From Octopus vulgaris (lineage: Eukaryota): a stretch of 64,000 nucleotides of DNA. The stretch lies in contig OX597821.1 of assembly GCA_951406725.2 (NCBI GenBank), forward strand, positions 101,990,001-102,054,000, given 5' to 3'. Below the pieces are notes generated by a model, which was not told the origin of the DNA, searched no databases, and worked only from the letters and a program-made list of their open reading frames with translations. Both the position numbers and the translations under genes were made by a program. Numbering within the stretch: the stretch's first letter is position 1; each line of letters opens with the position of its first letter. Shown piece after piece: positions 38,236 through 52,216 of the stretch.

Positions 38236-39559
38236 TATACCACATCTGACCCAAGCAAGCATTAAAAAATGAGTGTTGAAACAATGACACTCTCTCTCTC
38301 ACACACACATTCACTTGCACTTACAAATGAAAATAATGTAGAGATAGATTAGTTTCCTTTGAGTAACCAACAAACTGTTTCATTATCCAAAAATAAGCTC
38401 TAGAAATAGTCTGATAGTCCAGCAGATATTATTATTAAGCTGAAAGTATCCTTAATTACATCCATTTTGCTTTGTATTTATAAAATAAAAAAAGTCATTG
38501 AATTCTTGCAGCTGTTGTAATAATTTTATTCAAAAAGAGAAATCCAATTATTGAACAGATGGATTTTTATTTTTATATGACTCTTACCAGTTTATAAACA
38601 AAATGATTAGTCATGCTAACCTATTATTCAGTTACAAATTAAATATAGAAATAAAAAATAAATCCTTTTTTTCAGAATTCACTTTTATGTATTGATTTAA
38701 CAGGGAAAAGATATCAGTAACAATTCTCTTACAAGTTTTGATAGAAGAGTTTTATTGCTTCAGAGAAGGAAAATGGCAAAGACAAGTAAAATTATTGTGA
38801 ATCATACCAAACAATTACAAACGTTGAGACAGACAAAATAAAGAGTGACAGATTACTTTGATTTGGACTTGAACTAGGCATATATCACTTGCCAGGTGGT
38901 AGATATTGTGTTGGTTAAGGCCTGCTGGTCTTTTTTTCTGTCTGAAATTTATGCTGTGTGGTAAAAAGTTTGCTTCTTAACCACGTGGCTCTAGGTTCAG
39001 TCCCACTGTGAGTGTACAGAAACTGAGAGAAGGTTGTTATGTATGCATTAGGGTGCTACTATCTCCTTGCTTTGATATCATGTGATAGTTGTAAATCATT
39101 TTCACTGCCATGCTACTGCCTTTTGTTTCCAGTCTTCTGTGAAAACATGTCTGATCATAGGAAAATATCATCTTACTTGGAAACTGGTGAAGGTTGGTGA
39201 CAGGAAGGGCATCCAGTCATAGAAAATCTGCCTCAGCAAATTCTGTCTGGCCCATGTAAGCATGGAAAAGTGGATGTTAAAATGTTGATGATTCAAAAGT
39301 TCATGTACTGAGTATTTTCCCATGCATTCAGTGAACATTTTAGTATGTTTTTCCCTTGATGGAAAACAGTTTTGCTGTCCATCTGGATCTACCGTAATAT
39401 CATAATGTTGTTTTAAGTGTACAGGGAAAATAACCAGGGCATGAAAGTCTGAGTAACTATTTTAATCTATACACAAATGATCTCACCCCACCCCACCCAC
39501 CCCCACACATGCACAAAAAGGAGGCTTTCTAACAAATTCTCACTTATTAGAAAGCAAAA

Positions 39560-40334
39560 CGACCAATGTTACTTGACAAAAACAGTGAAGTTTGAGGATA
39601 CGTAAAAAGTGATGGTTCAAGAAAGTTGGTTAAAATTGACAGTAACTTGAATGGTGCCAAATATATCCAGTTGCTGAAGGACAATTTGGTACCAGACTTG
39701 GATGAAGGTGATGATTTTCAGCATGATGGAGCTCCATGCCACAGACCGCATGCAGCACAATATAGTCTGGCTGATGGAGGTGTCACTGTATTGAAAGATT
39801 AGCCAGCTCAGAGCCCTGACTGAAATATCATCAAGCAAATGTGGACAGAACTAAAGAGAAGAGTTTGTCAGAAGCATTCACGCAATCCTGAAGAGTTGTG
39901 AGAGCTCAGCCACAGAGAATCGCATCTCATACCTGTAAAGATGGTGAAGGATTTGTACACATCACTTCCGAGGCACGTTGAAGCAAGGATTCAAGCTAAG
40001 AGAAGCCACACGAAATATTAACAATGTACAGTAACTTCTTGAAATGAACACTATGTAATAAATTTTCATTATAGACATTTTTCTGTTTTAAAACACTGTA
40101 TCTTGACTGGTTTATGTGAGGTAACTAAAAACTTCTGCACGGCCATTTTTAGTGGTCGTCTTTCATCTTTCCCTCTCATTCAGAACCCCTACTACAAAAT
40201 ATAATGATTAGGTATAGAAATGACTCCAACAAGGCCAATGTTTCATCTATAAAAGCGCAATGCGAAACATCCACATGGCAATTGGTAGAAATTTACAATG
40301 GCTTAAAGTAGTTAAAGACTTTTGCACAGTACTG
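39560..40334 (+). mobile_element. Tc1 transposon 3' remnant with right TIR
   Basis: FQHDGAPCH and PAQSPD motifs; ends ACTTTTGCACAGTACTG|TA; an inner repeat ACTTCTGCACGG near 40131. Confidence 0.8.
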
Positions 40335-41149
40335 TATATATATATATATCATCATCATCGTTTAACGTCCGTTTTCCATGCTAGCATGGATTGGACAGTT
40401 CGACCGGGGTCTGGGAAGCCAGGAGGCTACACCAGGCTCCAGTCTGATCTGGCAGTGTTTCTACAGCTGGATACCCTTCCTAACACCAACCACTCTGTGA
40501 ATGTAGTGGGTGCTTTTTATGTACCACTGGCACGGAAGCCAGTCAAGGTGGCGCTGGCATCGGCCAAATATATATATATATATAGCAATTTCTGTCTATT
40601 ACCATCTTAGTGCCTAAACCAGCAAACCAATATTCATGAAACTTTGCATACATATTACACTAACATCCAGTTCAATATAGGCTAATTGGATTTCAATAAA
40701 AATCTATAATGTGCTCCTCAACATTCTGAATTCAATAGAACTGACTTTGTTTTTCATGCCTTTGAGCTTAGTTCGGCACCAGTCTAGTTGATAGTTGATT
40801 CAATCAGATATAGTCTTTTACTTAGAAATTTACAACCTTTTGTTAATATAATTAATGAGGGAGCCTCTCTGTGGTCACTCAACTTGCTGAAAATAAGTCA
40901 AAATTTCCCTTAAATAACACACTGCCATCTGTAAAAATAAGTAGGAGACATTAGATAACATAGCCCATCGTATATAAAAAAAATGGGATGATTATGGCTT
41001 GAATGCCTTTGATCATAGGTTGGATCAGTAAAGGCTACCTGGTGCTAAATAACAACAGTTTTGTATCTCATTCCTTTCTAATATACCAGAGCATTTTTGA
41101 AAGTTGCATGAATTGGATTTTCAATATCTTAAAGGTAGCTTTTTTTAAA

Positions 41150-41527
41150 TTACTCTTTACTCTTTTACTTCTTTCAGTCTGGAAGCACCACCTTTATAGT
41201 CAAGCAAATTGACCCCAGAGCTTATTCTTTGTAAGACTAGTACTTATTCTATTGGTTTCTTTTGCCGAACCGCTAAGTTATGGGGACGTAAACACACCAG
41301 CATCAGTTGTCAAGTGATGCTGAGGGGACAAACAGACACACAAACATATACATATATACATATACAACAGGCTTCTTCCAGTTTCCATCTACCAAAACCA
41401 CTCACAAGGCTTTGGTCAGCCCGAGGCTAAAGTAGAAGACTCTTGCCCAAGGTGCCACGCAGTGGGACTGAACCCAGGACCATATGGTTGGTAAGCAAGC
41501 TACTTATCACCCAGCCACTCCACACCT
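41150..41527 (-). mobile_element. SINE family A (intron 2)
   Basis: Reverse complement of family A. Confidence 0.85.
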
Positions 41528-42726
41528 ACAGGAATAAAAAGCAAAATAAACTGCTGTGGGATTTTGAAAAAGAGAGCAATATTTAAGCACCTGCTTCGAT
41601 ACGATTAAGCATTTAGTCATACTGTATCACCATTTGCTCTGAAATCACCATCTTCTGTATACTATTGGTTATTCTAGGTCAGGAGTTCTCAAACAACCTT
41701 GGGACACTCAATGAAAATTGCGAGGATGTGTGAAGGACACTGTGATTTTGAAGTAACCACAATGAATTAAATGCAATTTATATGTTTAGGCAATGTGTGG
41801 AGAGCTGTTTGCTATTCCCCTCTGCTTATCTTTGTGTACAAGGTTTTCAGCAGTGTTTGTAACTGAAAAGTAAATTTCATGTAAAACTATCAACTGAGAA
41901 TGTAAGATGCAGGTTGCCCCTCTGAAACTGTGCCTAGAACTGAGTTACTTTTTTGAATGGGAAAAGTTAATCCAGCTCATTAGAAAAAAAAAAAAAAAGG
42001 AACATTAAATTAGAAACCTTTTTGTTACCTTTTTTCCTGTTGAAATACACTGTCATTTGTTTCAATTAATTTCGAAAATAATGAAGAATTTAGCAAAATA
42101 ACTTGTGCTTATTAAACAGGGATTTGGAACATTAACATGAAATTTTGATGGAAGGTTTTAATTAAGATTACTTTAAAACAGGAAGCTTGTTTTCATAGAA
42201 CTAAGGGTAGTCTCAAGTAGGTTGGTGTCAGAAGAGTTGAATAAAATTGATTTCTTACATGGCGTTAGGAAGGGCATCAGGCTGTAGAAACTCTGCCAGA
42301 TCAGATTGGAGCCTGGTGCAGTCATCTGGTTCACCAGTCCTCAGTCAGATCGTCCAACCCATGTTAGCATGGAAAGCAGACGTTAAATGATGATGATGAT
42401 GATGAGATGCATGAGCAGTAATTTTGTGAGAGGGAGCAATCAGTTATATTGACTCCAGTACTTAATTGGTACTTGAGTTTATTGACCTCAGAAAGATGAA
42501 AAACAATAATAACAAATAACATGTCTGTTGTCTGTTCTATGGTATCTTACCATTTTGCACTATATTTTTCACATGGAGTACACTAATACTACTGGACATA
42601 ATGAAGGGTACATCAACACTGTTGTGTATGATGAAGGAGTATGCTGGAAGAAAATTTTTGAGAGTCCATTGTCTAGGAAGTTAATTAGCTTGTAACATTT
42701 GCTGCATAATATATCTTTATCTCTAA

Positions 42727-43107
42727 GGCAGTGAGCTGGCAGAAACGTTAGCACGCCAGGCGAAATGCCTAGCGGTATTTTGTCTGCTGTTACATTCTGA
42801 GTTCAAATTCCGCCGAGGTTGACTTTGCCTTTTATTTTTTCGGGGTCGATAAATTAAGTACCAGTTACACACTGGGGTTGATTTAATCAACTTAATCCCT
42901 TTGTCTGTTCTTGTGAGTACGCCAGGTGAAATGCTTAACGGTATTTTGTCTGTCTTTATATTCTGAGTACAAATTCCACCAAGGTTGACTTTGCCTTTCA
43001 TCTTTTCGGGGTCAGTAAATTAAGTACCTGTTGCATATTGGGATCGATCTAATCAACTGGCCCCTTCCCAAAAAATGTCGTGCCTTGTGCCTAGAGTAGA
43101 AAAGAAT
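42727..43107 (+). mobile_element. Dimeric SINE family B
   Basis: Two cores in tandem inside a single TSD (TATCTTTATCTCT). Confidence 0.8.
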
Positions 43108-43462
43108 GTATCTTTATCTCTCTCTGTCTTTTATTTTCCCCAATATTTATCTATACATCTCTATAGCTGGCTTGAAGTAAGTCATCCAACTGTAAAGCCT
43201 TAACCCTTATTAAACATTTTGTTACTAATTGTTACAACACTTGTTGAATTACTACCAGTTTGATATGGCTAACCAACCTCCATTCTTGTAAAATGTATGT
43301 TAACACTTTAGCATTTAAACCACTCATCAGGACCAAATATTCTACCTGTTTTATGTTTAAACCAGCCAGATCTGGCCTCTTATACCTACCTTACAATGCC
43401 ATTCTAAAAGTAAAACAATCACATCATCAAAATCTCTAAGCTGCAAGATAACAATGAGTATA

Positions 43463-43966
43463 CCGTAAATCCTCGAGTATAATCCGCATTTTTTCCCCAA
43501 AATTTAAAGGTCAAAATCCCTAGTGCGTACTATCTACGAGGTTAAAAATGAAAATTATTTTCTAAACAATGTCCAAGTCTCTATTTGCTGTCCAGCAATG
43601 TTTATTCAGACGCATTTTGTGATGTCAGGCACAAAAATACCTTAAGCTAAGCCTGAAAGCAATGAAGTCATAAAAGAATCATCCATAACTTGCAGTAAGC
43701 AATATTTGTTAAATGCTGTTATTTCTTTATTTCTGCAAACAAAATGCACAAAATGTTACCCGTTTGCATTATGTTATATATACAATAATAATAAAGGACG
43801 TTACCGTGTACATTTTTACAAACCAAGGATGTTATATAGACCTTCTTGACTCAAGATAGAGAAGGGATGTGTATTATACACAAGGTTTAGGGTTTTCAGA
43901 GGTACAGCCCCTTAAAAATCCCCTATGTATTATACTCAATGGCGGACTATACTCGAGGATTTACGA
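43463..43966. mobile_element. Second copy of the same MITE family, opposite orientation
   Basis: TIRs CCGTAAATCCTCGAGTAT ... ATACTCGAGGATTTACGA with TA flanks; largely reverse-complementary to 2867-3388. Confidence 0.85.
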
Positions 43967-44087
43967 TACTCAAAACAATGAGTAAAAATAAGCATTACCT
44001 TTGACAGTCATCTGAATGTTAAAGGATTGACTGAAATAATATAATTTTATAATTTTTCTTCCTTGTATTGTCCTTTTTCTTTCACAG

Positions 44088-44183
44088 AGGACCTACGTCA
44101 ATATGTTACAACCATGGTTTGTGTGGCTGTGAATGGTGATCCTACAATTGGTGTTATTCATAGTCCATTTGATGATCAAACTT
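44088..44183 (+). CDS. BPNT2: BPNT2/IMPAD1-like exon 3
   Basis: Polypyrimidine tract and CAG acceptor; encodes (E)[31 protein letters not shown]; T|GTAAGT donor. Absent from the ORF track, but its phases fit both neighbouring exons. Confidence 0.92.
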
Positions 44184-44298
44184 GTAAGTGTTTTTCTTAG
44201 ACACAGCTTTTTAAAATAGTTAATATTTCACACTTTTGCCCAACATTCTTTATTCTTTGTCTTTCTCTTCATCTTTAATTTTGGACTCCTATTTTCAG

Positions 44299-44475
44299 AT
44301 TGGGCATGGGTGAGTTATGGGCATTCATCAAATTTAAAACCCTTGGAGAAAGTCCACTTGTCCAATAAGAAGCCTGCACAAATCATTGTTTCCCGTTCTC
44401 ATCCAGGAAAAGTAGTAGATGTTATCAAAAAAGCATTTGGAGACGACACTGTTGTGACTGAAGCTGGTGGAGCAG
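44299..44475 (+). CDS. BPNT2: BPNT2/IMPAD1-like exon 4
   Basis: TTTTCAG acceptor; encodes (Y)WAWVSYG...IIVSRSH...EAGGA; G|GTGAG donor. Confidence 0.92.
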
Positions 44476-44943
44476 GTGAGCATATTCACAGTTTCTAGTC
44501 TAAAATGTATAACACTTACAGCAAATTTTGTGTCAGAGATACCATGTCCCTACAAACTTGTTTGTTGTCATTTGACCTGGTAGATATTGTAAGTAAATAA
44601 AGACTTTTAACTCTTGTATATGAAAATACTACAAAAACATGATTGGACTAGCTGTAGCATCCCAAGACCAATGTATTCTTAATAGCATTACAATTATTTG
44701 TTTAGAATTTGATAAATGTTCTTTGAATAAATGTTTAAAAAAAAAAAAACATATATCAGCAAACTATTTGCAGAAGTTAGTTATGAACCTTTACATTCTG
44801 AGATCAAATCTCATTCAGATTAATTTTGCCTTTTCATCCTTCTGGGGGTCATATTCTTGACTATATTCCTCTCCAGAGAATAATTACTGTTCATTTGTAT
44901 TATCATACATCGTATTATAGTATTCTCTCTTTTTTCTTTCCAG

Positions 44944-45206
44944 GTTACAAAGCTTTAAATGTTGTTAAAGGGCTATCAAATGCATATGTACACACAACAG
45001 CTATCAAGAAATGGGATATCTGTGCTGGCAATGCAATTTTAAATGCACTCAACGGGAAAATGACCACCCTGAATGGAGATTATATTGATTACTCCAGCAA
45101 AGACTTTGTACAAAATGATAAAGGCCTTTTAGCTACAATGCAGTACCATTACCATTATTTGGAACACCTGGAACCATTAGCAAAGCAATTAGAAAAGAAA
45201 ACCTAG
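44944..45206 (+). CDS. BPNT2: BPNT2/IMPAD1-like exon 5 (last coding exon)
   Basis: TTTCCAG acceptor; encodes (G)YKAL...AYVHTTAIKKWDICAGNAIL (IMPase WD motif); TAG stop. The spliced CDS totals 1026 nt and stays in frame. Confidence 0.93.
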
Positions 45207-47652
45207 ACCACATCATCTATAGGTTCGGTAAACAAAATCTTCCTACGTGAAAATGAGGTTTATATTTCTGTCTTATTTTATTTATTATTTTTTAATTGAG
45301 TGTGAGGAAAAGTGTGATAGCCTTGGATAGTTCAATAAAAAAAAAGTTCCTATTGGAAGAAATTGATTTGAGAAAATGATTATAGTAGTTTATTTTTATT
45401 CAGTATTTTTCATTTTTATCTCAATTTATTTATTGTTTGAAAATACTCCATTGGTTTGCCAGATATGTGAGTGAGTGTGTGGGTGTACATATGTATGTAT
45501 TATAGAGAGTAGAAGAAATGGAGAAAGAAAGAGACTTTGAAAAAATTATAGTTTAATGATTCTGTTGAAAAACAAAACTGTAGAAAACAATGCTTAGACC
45601 CGATTTTGAAATATATTTAATGTTTTAGAAAATTCCACATGAGTAAAAAAACATTTTTTTCCTTTAGTACTCTGAGAGCAGCATTTGCTATAATAAATTT
45701 TGTGTATCAATCCATACTATGATTTCAATGCATTCCTTTATCCTAAGGTAAAGATAGCATACGAGTATCACATAGTCAGTACGATGGTATGATTATGGCT
45801 TGTAATTGGTTATCTAGTACCTACAAATATGTTAACTGATTCAATGTACTTGTAGAAATTGAGATGGCCCTGTTGATTAAGAAATGAACACCTAGTCAAG
45901 ATATTATCAGTTTGTATCTTGTCACCATAACTGACTTTGTTGTATCTATAGCTCTTACTTTAAACTGTCAGTGGCTCTAAGTAGATTGTGCGAAAGGAAG
46001 GTTGAGAAGCATGATTCATTGTACTGAGCAGTGGCTGATTGTTTTGTTAAACTGTGCTCAGCTTTAATTCCATCTTTGTACTCAAGAGGAACAGGAGCAA
46101 GCCTTTCTTCCCCTAAATCTCTACAGGTAATTAAGATCATGTACAGTTTAACAATTCAACTGAGTTACAAAGCTAAACACCACCTATGTTCTTCCATTTG
46201 AGAACATAAACTGTATGCACACATCTGTGACAAGCCATTGACTAAGCCTGCTTGAAATAGCAGTCAAATCTCCCTGTTAGAAAAGGGAAGGGCACATACG
46301 ATAATGTAGTTCTAGATACACTATGTCTGAAAATAGATGTGATGGTCATAGCTAGAATGTTAATCATAGATGTACTCAACATGTGTGTATAACTGATAAC
46401 TTCTTAAGCCTACAACTGTTAAAATGTTTTTAATATTGACTACCATTATATCATATGTGAGACCATGGCTTCTGTTATTAAACGCCTCAGAGTATGTATA
46501 TCAATAATAATTACACTTTGTATGCATCCTATTTCATGTGTCATATTGTGTTTGTGAATATGAACACTTGTTTCTCCCATGCTATTCCCCCACCCCCACC
46601 CAAAAAGAAAAATCCTGTATAATATCAACTATTAGAATAAAAAGCCAAAAAAATGCAAGTTCCAAGAAATAATACAAGGTAAAAATACAAACCATGGACT
46701 TGTATTCCTTCTTATTATTCACCTTGTTTTGGCTTTAAAAAAATTAAAAACATCTACATCAGACAATGCTTCATGCAAGCTATATACAGATATATACATA
46801 TTTATAATTTGTTTTTAACAGTGGAACTTGAAGTAGATAAAGCTATAAACAATAGCTTGTAATTTGGGTTAAAAATCCCTTTGGATAGGAAAGGGTTTTT
46901 AACTTGGTATTTACACATTATTATTTATAGCTTTATCTCCTTTTAAGTTTCACCATTAAAAACAAATTATTTCACATCTCTCAAAGTTTCTGAATTCTTA
47001 TGTCATAAACGTGTGTGTGATTATGAAATGTTTTTCATGCTGGTGCAGGTTAATTTTTGAGTTGACATCTGAGGACATTACCAAATGTAACAGGCATCTT
47101 AAGAAAACCAGAAGGTACTATGGCCAAAACACTGTGAAGACACTATAATTCCTTGTCTCAGAAATTCAAAAATATTTCTAATGCTGGCATGGAGCAAAAC
47201 CTTTTTTTTTTAAAGAGGATATCATCAATAACCCCAGTGATAATGATTATATGACATGAGATCTATAAAAAGACTTTGTTGATGGGCAAAGTGTTGCCAT
47301 TTATATTAGAGAATGAAATATAATTGTATTTATATTTCATAATATCTGAGGTATTGTGATTGATGAAACTGACCTGTGTCTGTCTTGAGGTGAATGTACT
47401 TCTTATATTTTTCTTGGGTAGATTTGAACTCAGAACCTGTTTTTAAATGCTCCTTACATCATTATTCAAGCATGGGGCTGGTTGCAATTTTCTTATACCA
47501 TTAGAAGTAATTGTTCTGAGTTCAGATCCAGCCTACCACACACACATACACAAGTGTGTGTGTGTGTGCATGCGTGCATATACATACAGAGACAGAGAGA
47601 GAGAGCGCTGTATGTATACACACACACACACATTAATATAGCTGTATATGTT

Positions 47653-47683
<31 letters not shown>

Positions 47684-48387
47684 TGAGAGAGAGTGAGTGA
47701 AGATGATTGGAGATTGAACTGATCAAGTGTGTTTTTTAAAAACACAAATATTTGCTTTGATACATTTTCTTGAGTGATTCTGTTTCAAAATATTGCTGCT
47801 GTAACCCCTAGTCAATTACGTTTAAGCTGAGGTATGGTCAGGAAGTAATAAGCTGAATGTTTAAGACAAACCCATAATCCACCTGCATGCTATTCTTTCC
47901 CAGTTACATAACATTACAGTCTGTTCTAGAACTCTGATATGCAGTGATTATCTGCACTGTGGGGCAGTGTACCAATCAGGGTATGTAGCATCTAATTTGC
48001 TATCCACTCTGTATATACATATTTATATATATATATATTTCACCTTGTTTTGCACCCATGTACTCATGTGTTTATATAGATACATATAAACCCTAAAACC
48101 CCATTAAATTGAACCAAATATTAAGTTATTTGTTATTGTTTCAGTATTAAAAGAAAAATAGAGTTTTTAATATAATATACTCTAATGTGCAATATAGTGA
48201 ATATGTAATTATTACTTCCCTTTATTACAAGAATGTTGACTATTTGGCTAAGACCATTGTGATTATCCAATATTATTATTGTTATCTGAAAGCCATTTAA
48301 TCATTTCATTAAACTGACTGTTACTGTATATATATATGTGTGTGTGTGTGTGTGTCTGTGCATATTATATGTAGAAATTTATATATA

Positions 48388-48876
48388 CACAGTGTCCCAG
48401 AATTAACTATTTCAATGAAATTGGGTAAATTAAAAAGAAAGTGACATAATTTTATGTTTATTACTTAATTATGGTACCAAAACAATTAGATTTATAAATC
48501 TTATGTCAAAATTTATTGAAAATTCTTCAACATGTGCTCCATCTATATTTCTGAAAATTTCAGCTCTATCCTCAGCACTGACCACATTTTGAAGCATTTC
48601 AGAAGTTATCTCCTGCACTGTTAACCGAATGCATTGTTCAAGTTTAGCTAAACTGTTGCTCCATCCTGGGGATGGGGTAGAGAAAACGATTGCAGCCAAA
48701 TTGAAGAACAGCCATTCTGGACAGATAAGTGGGATCCAACAGGAATGAAAATAAAATTATGAAAAAAAATTTTTTTAATTATAAGCAAAATAAAAAATTT
48801 ACACATAGATAAAAGTGAGTTTTTAAAAAAATCATCTGATTTCACTGAACTAGATAGTTAATTCTGGGACACCATG
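48388..48876 (-). mobile_element. Internally deleted Tc1/mariner element
   Basis: ~23-bp TIRs (CAcaGTGTCCCAGAATTAACTAT) with TA flanks; - strand peptide LEQCIR...EMLQNV...DGAHVE resembles a transposase C-terminus. Confidence 0.8.
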
Positions 48877-49396
48877 TAACAACACATGTGTCATTGGTGG
48901 TTTCTTTTCCTTCTTTGGACTTTTCCCTTTCTCCTTTCCTACGAAGAGCTTTGCTCGAAATATCAAACTCTCTCTTTTCACCGAGCATCAAGCTAATACA
49001 TGTCTTGTTCACATCCTCATATTGTCTGTTTTTTTATTCATTAATTTGAATTGACTATATATATATATATATATATAGCAATTTTTGTGTGTACAGTCAC
49101 ATGTATGACTGCTACTGGTGAGTTTGGAGCTCCATATATGATATCATCATTTGGTCTACTTCTAGGTAAAGTGATGTGGTTACTAATGTACTTATTAGTA
49201 TTACTACTTATGTTATACAGACAATTCAATTTGTGTAAGCATTATGCAATAAAGTGTTTCCCTGAAGAACTGTTTTACTTTAGTATCCAATTGCACTTGT
49301 AATACCCACTGCAGAAAAGCAGATAACCAAAATGGTGAAACATATGTAGGAAACAAATAATGTAAACTGCATCTTGCGTTTATCATGTTTTATATA

Positions 49397-49433
<37 letters not shown>

Positions 49434-52210
49434 TGTGTATTAAGGCTACCATTGGTTTCATATTAAAGAAAACCTCAACAATTATATCACATGGAACATC
49501 ATTGTCCATATCCAAAATGGAGACAAACACTGATGTTCCATGTGATAAGCTTGATTATTGTTGAAGTCGTCTTTAACATGAAACCATTGGTAGCCTTTAG
49601 GCACAAATAAAGAATCTTTATTCACCAATGTGGTTTGAGCATTCATTCTCATTGTTCAGTATTTACGTGTATATATATATATGCATAACATACAAACACA
49701 TGACACCCTCAGTATATATATATGTATTTATGTATCTATAAAAAATGTATGATCATGATCATTTTACATTTGCCATTCCATGTTGGCATGGGTTTACAAC
49801 TATATTCCAGTATATCACCAACCTTTATACAGCATGGATTCAGTGTATTTCACAGTGTCACTAGCACTAAGCGAAGCTCCTCGCCAGGACTAAAATAGAC
49901 CCTCTACCTTGTATCAGATTTTCATTCAGAGTTACTGCACTCCTCAATAGTTTGTCTTCACTGCAACTTACAGAGACCCCTTTTATGCACTGTTGGATTT
50001 ATTGGAGGATCCAACTTCCGAGATGGTTGGGAAACTACATCTCTTCATGTATGGGTTTATTACATGAAGCATTATATGAAATAAGAAACTTGCTGTGCTA
50101 TTTATGTTTTTTCAGAGATAGCATTTATGAAAGAATTATTTTGGGTGTAGAATGTTCATGTTAATCAAAGAATTAGTTCGTAATTAAACTTGTTTTAGAA
50201 ATAAATACAAAAATCTTTTCTATTTTCTAGATTTGTCATTGGACTGCAGCCATACAGGAGCACCACCTTGAAAGGTTTTAGTTAAACAGATCGACCCCAG
50301 TATTTATTTTTAAGCCTGGTGTTTATTCAACTGGTCTCTTTTGCTAAGTTATCAAGTAGTAAGGGATTGGAACAGACACAGACACACACACACACATGTG
50401 ACAGGTTTTCACACAGTTTCCTTCTAGAACAACATTAGTTGGCCTAGGGCTTTAGTAGAAGGCTCTTGCAGTGGGACTGAACCCAAAACCACATGGTTGC
50501 AAAGGAAGCTTCTTAACCACACAGCCGTGTTTATGTTTATTTTTCTATGCACTCGTACACAGAAACACACAAAAATATGTATGTTGTTGCCCCTCTTTTA
50601 ATAATTAGTGTTAAGTGAACCTGTGATTAGGTGAGCCTCTATGTAGTTGCTTATCTTGTCAGAAAACAGCATTTAAAAAAAAAAGGGATGGGGGAACATA
50701 TTGGATTATGCAGTCCTAGGTGGTATGGTCATGGCTGGAAATTCTTTGATCATAAGTCTGCTCAATTAGGACTGACCCTGGGTTAAATAACAGCAACTTA
50801 GAACCTTTATAAATTATTGCATCCTGCAGTGATCAAGTGTGCAACTAAGACTTGAGCACCTGTATGTAAACAAGTTATTGCATTATTTGTGTGTGTATAC
50901 ACCTGTCAACAGAATCACCTGAGATATATTTTGTTGGGTGTAAAATATATCTATCATCAATACAATATTCATTTGTGTGTATGTATGTATATATATCTGT
51001 TTTCATGTGAACAGGCATATGCAGTTACACGAATCCGATAGCTGGATGGATTTTTCAAGCATATTTTGCAACAGTGTCTCAGCATTGCCAATTAGGAAAC
51101 TGAAATAAAGTACTAAAATGCATGAATATAAAATTCTATAACTTCAGGATTGATTTGTTTTCGTCTGGTTTCCTTTATTCTTTTAGATTTTTTTTTTTAG
51201 TTGTGACTCAATTTTATTTCTCTAACATGTATAATCCACTAGGGGAGGATATATTTTTTTTAATCTGCAGCGCAATATCAAATATATCCAAACATTGGTG
51301 ATATTCTATTTCTTCTCTGTGAAAACTAAACGACCTTTCTCACAATCATGTGATGTTGTGTAGAGTATATAAATAATATATTGGTTCTAAGACTGATTGA
51401 TTGATTGATTGAGTGTTGTGAAAATAATATATGTTTTAATATCAAAAAGAAACTGAAATGTGTTTTTCTATGAAAAATATACATAATATCCACATATATA
51501 TATTTTTTTCTTCTGTAACAGTTTGTTTGTAATGTGTTGGAAATAAATTATTCCAGTGGCTAAAATTTTGGTATTAGCTTGGGAAAAACTAGAAATTCAG
51601 TATGGCGAATATACAATTGAAGGGGTAAAGCTGGAGGGACAGTGGAAGAGCCAGAAAACAACTTGTAGCCATTCATTAAAATGTATTGTTTATCAAAATT
51701 TATATTTCCTAGGTGTTCCAGTATTTTCTTTTTTTTTTTTTTCATTCCATAAATATTTTGATTCACTCCAGTTTTATTTTTTGAAAATCAAAATGTGGTA
51801 TTTTAAAATTATATACGATATAACAAATCATTTTTCATAGTAGAAAATGTTAACACCAAGTATTTTTGCCTCCTTCCGTCTTCTGTATGTTTAATTGCAT
51901 TGGGTTCGCCTTGGTGTGTGTATACAACTTTATTATTGCTGAGGAGCCAAAATGCTAAGATTTTTTTTTAACCATTTGTTCTAAAATGCTCCACTTCCTG
52001 ATCCCATTGTGAATTTCTACAGTAGGGTCATGCTATTGTAAATTTTGGGTTGTTTTTCACAAACTCGATATTTTTTTTTTTCCTTGCTATCGTTTAAAAA
52101 AACGTTTCATTACAAATTTCCAATTGAATTCTGTTGACTCTAATTTTTAACGAAATATTTCTTACAATTTTTTTTTTTCAAAACTTCTGTTATTTGTGTT
52201 TTCCAGTGTA

Positions 52211-52216
52211 AATAAA
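52211..52216 (+). terminator. Candidate distal polyadenylation signal
   Basis: AATAAA preceded by TGTA and followed ~25-50 nt later by a GT/T-rich tract. Other AATAAA candidates at 45334, 49248 and 51542. Confidence 0.4.

Noticed and set aside
44826-44943. N-terminal part of the 126-aa ORF
   Set aside because: Intronic sequence (SINE remnant and polypyrimidine tract) upstream of the exon 5 acceptor.
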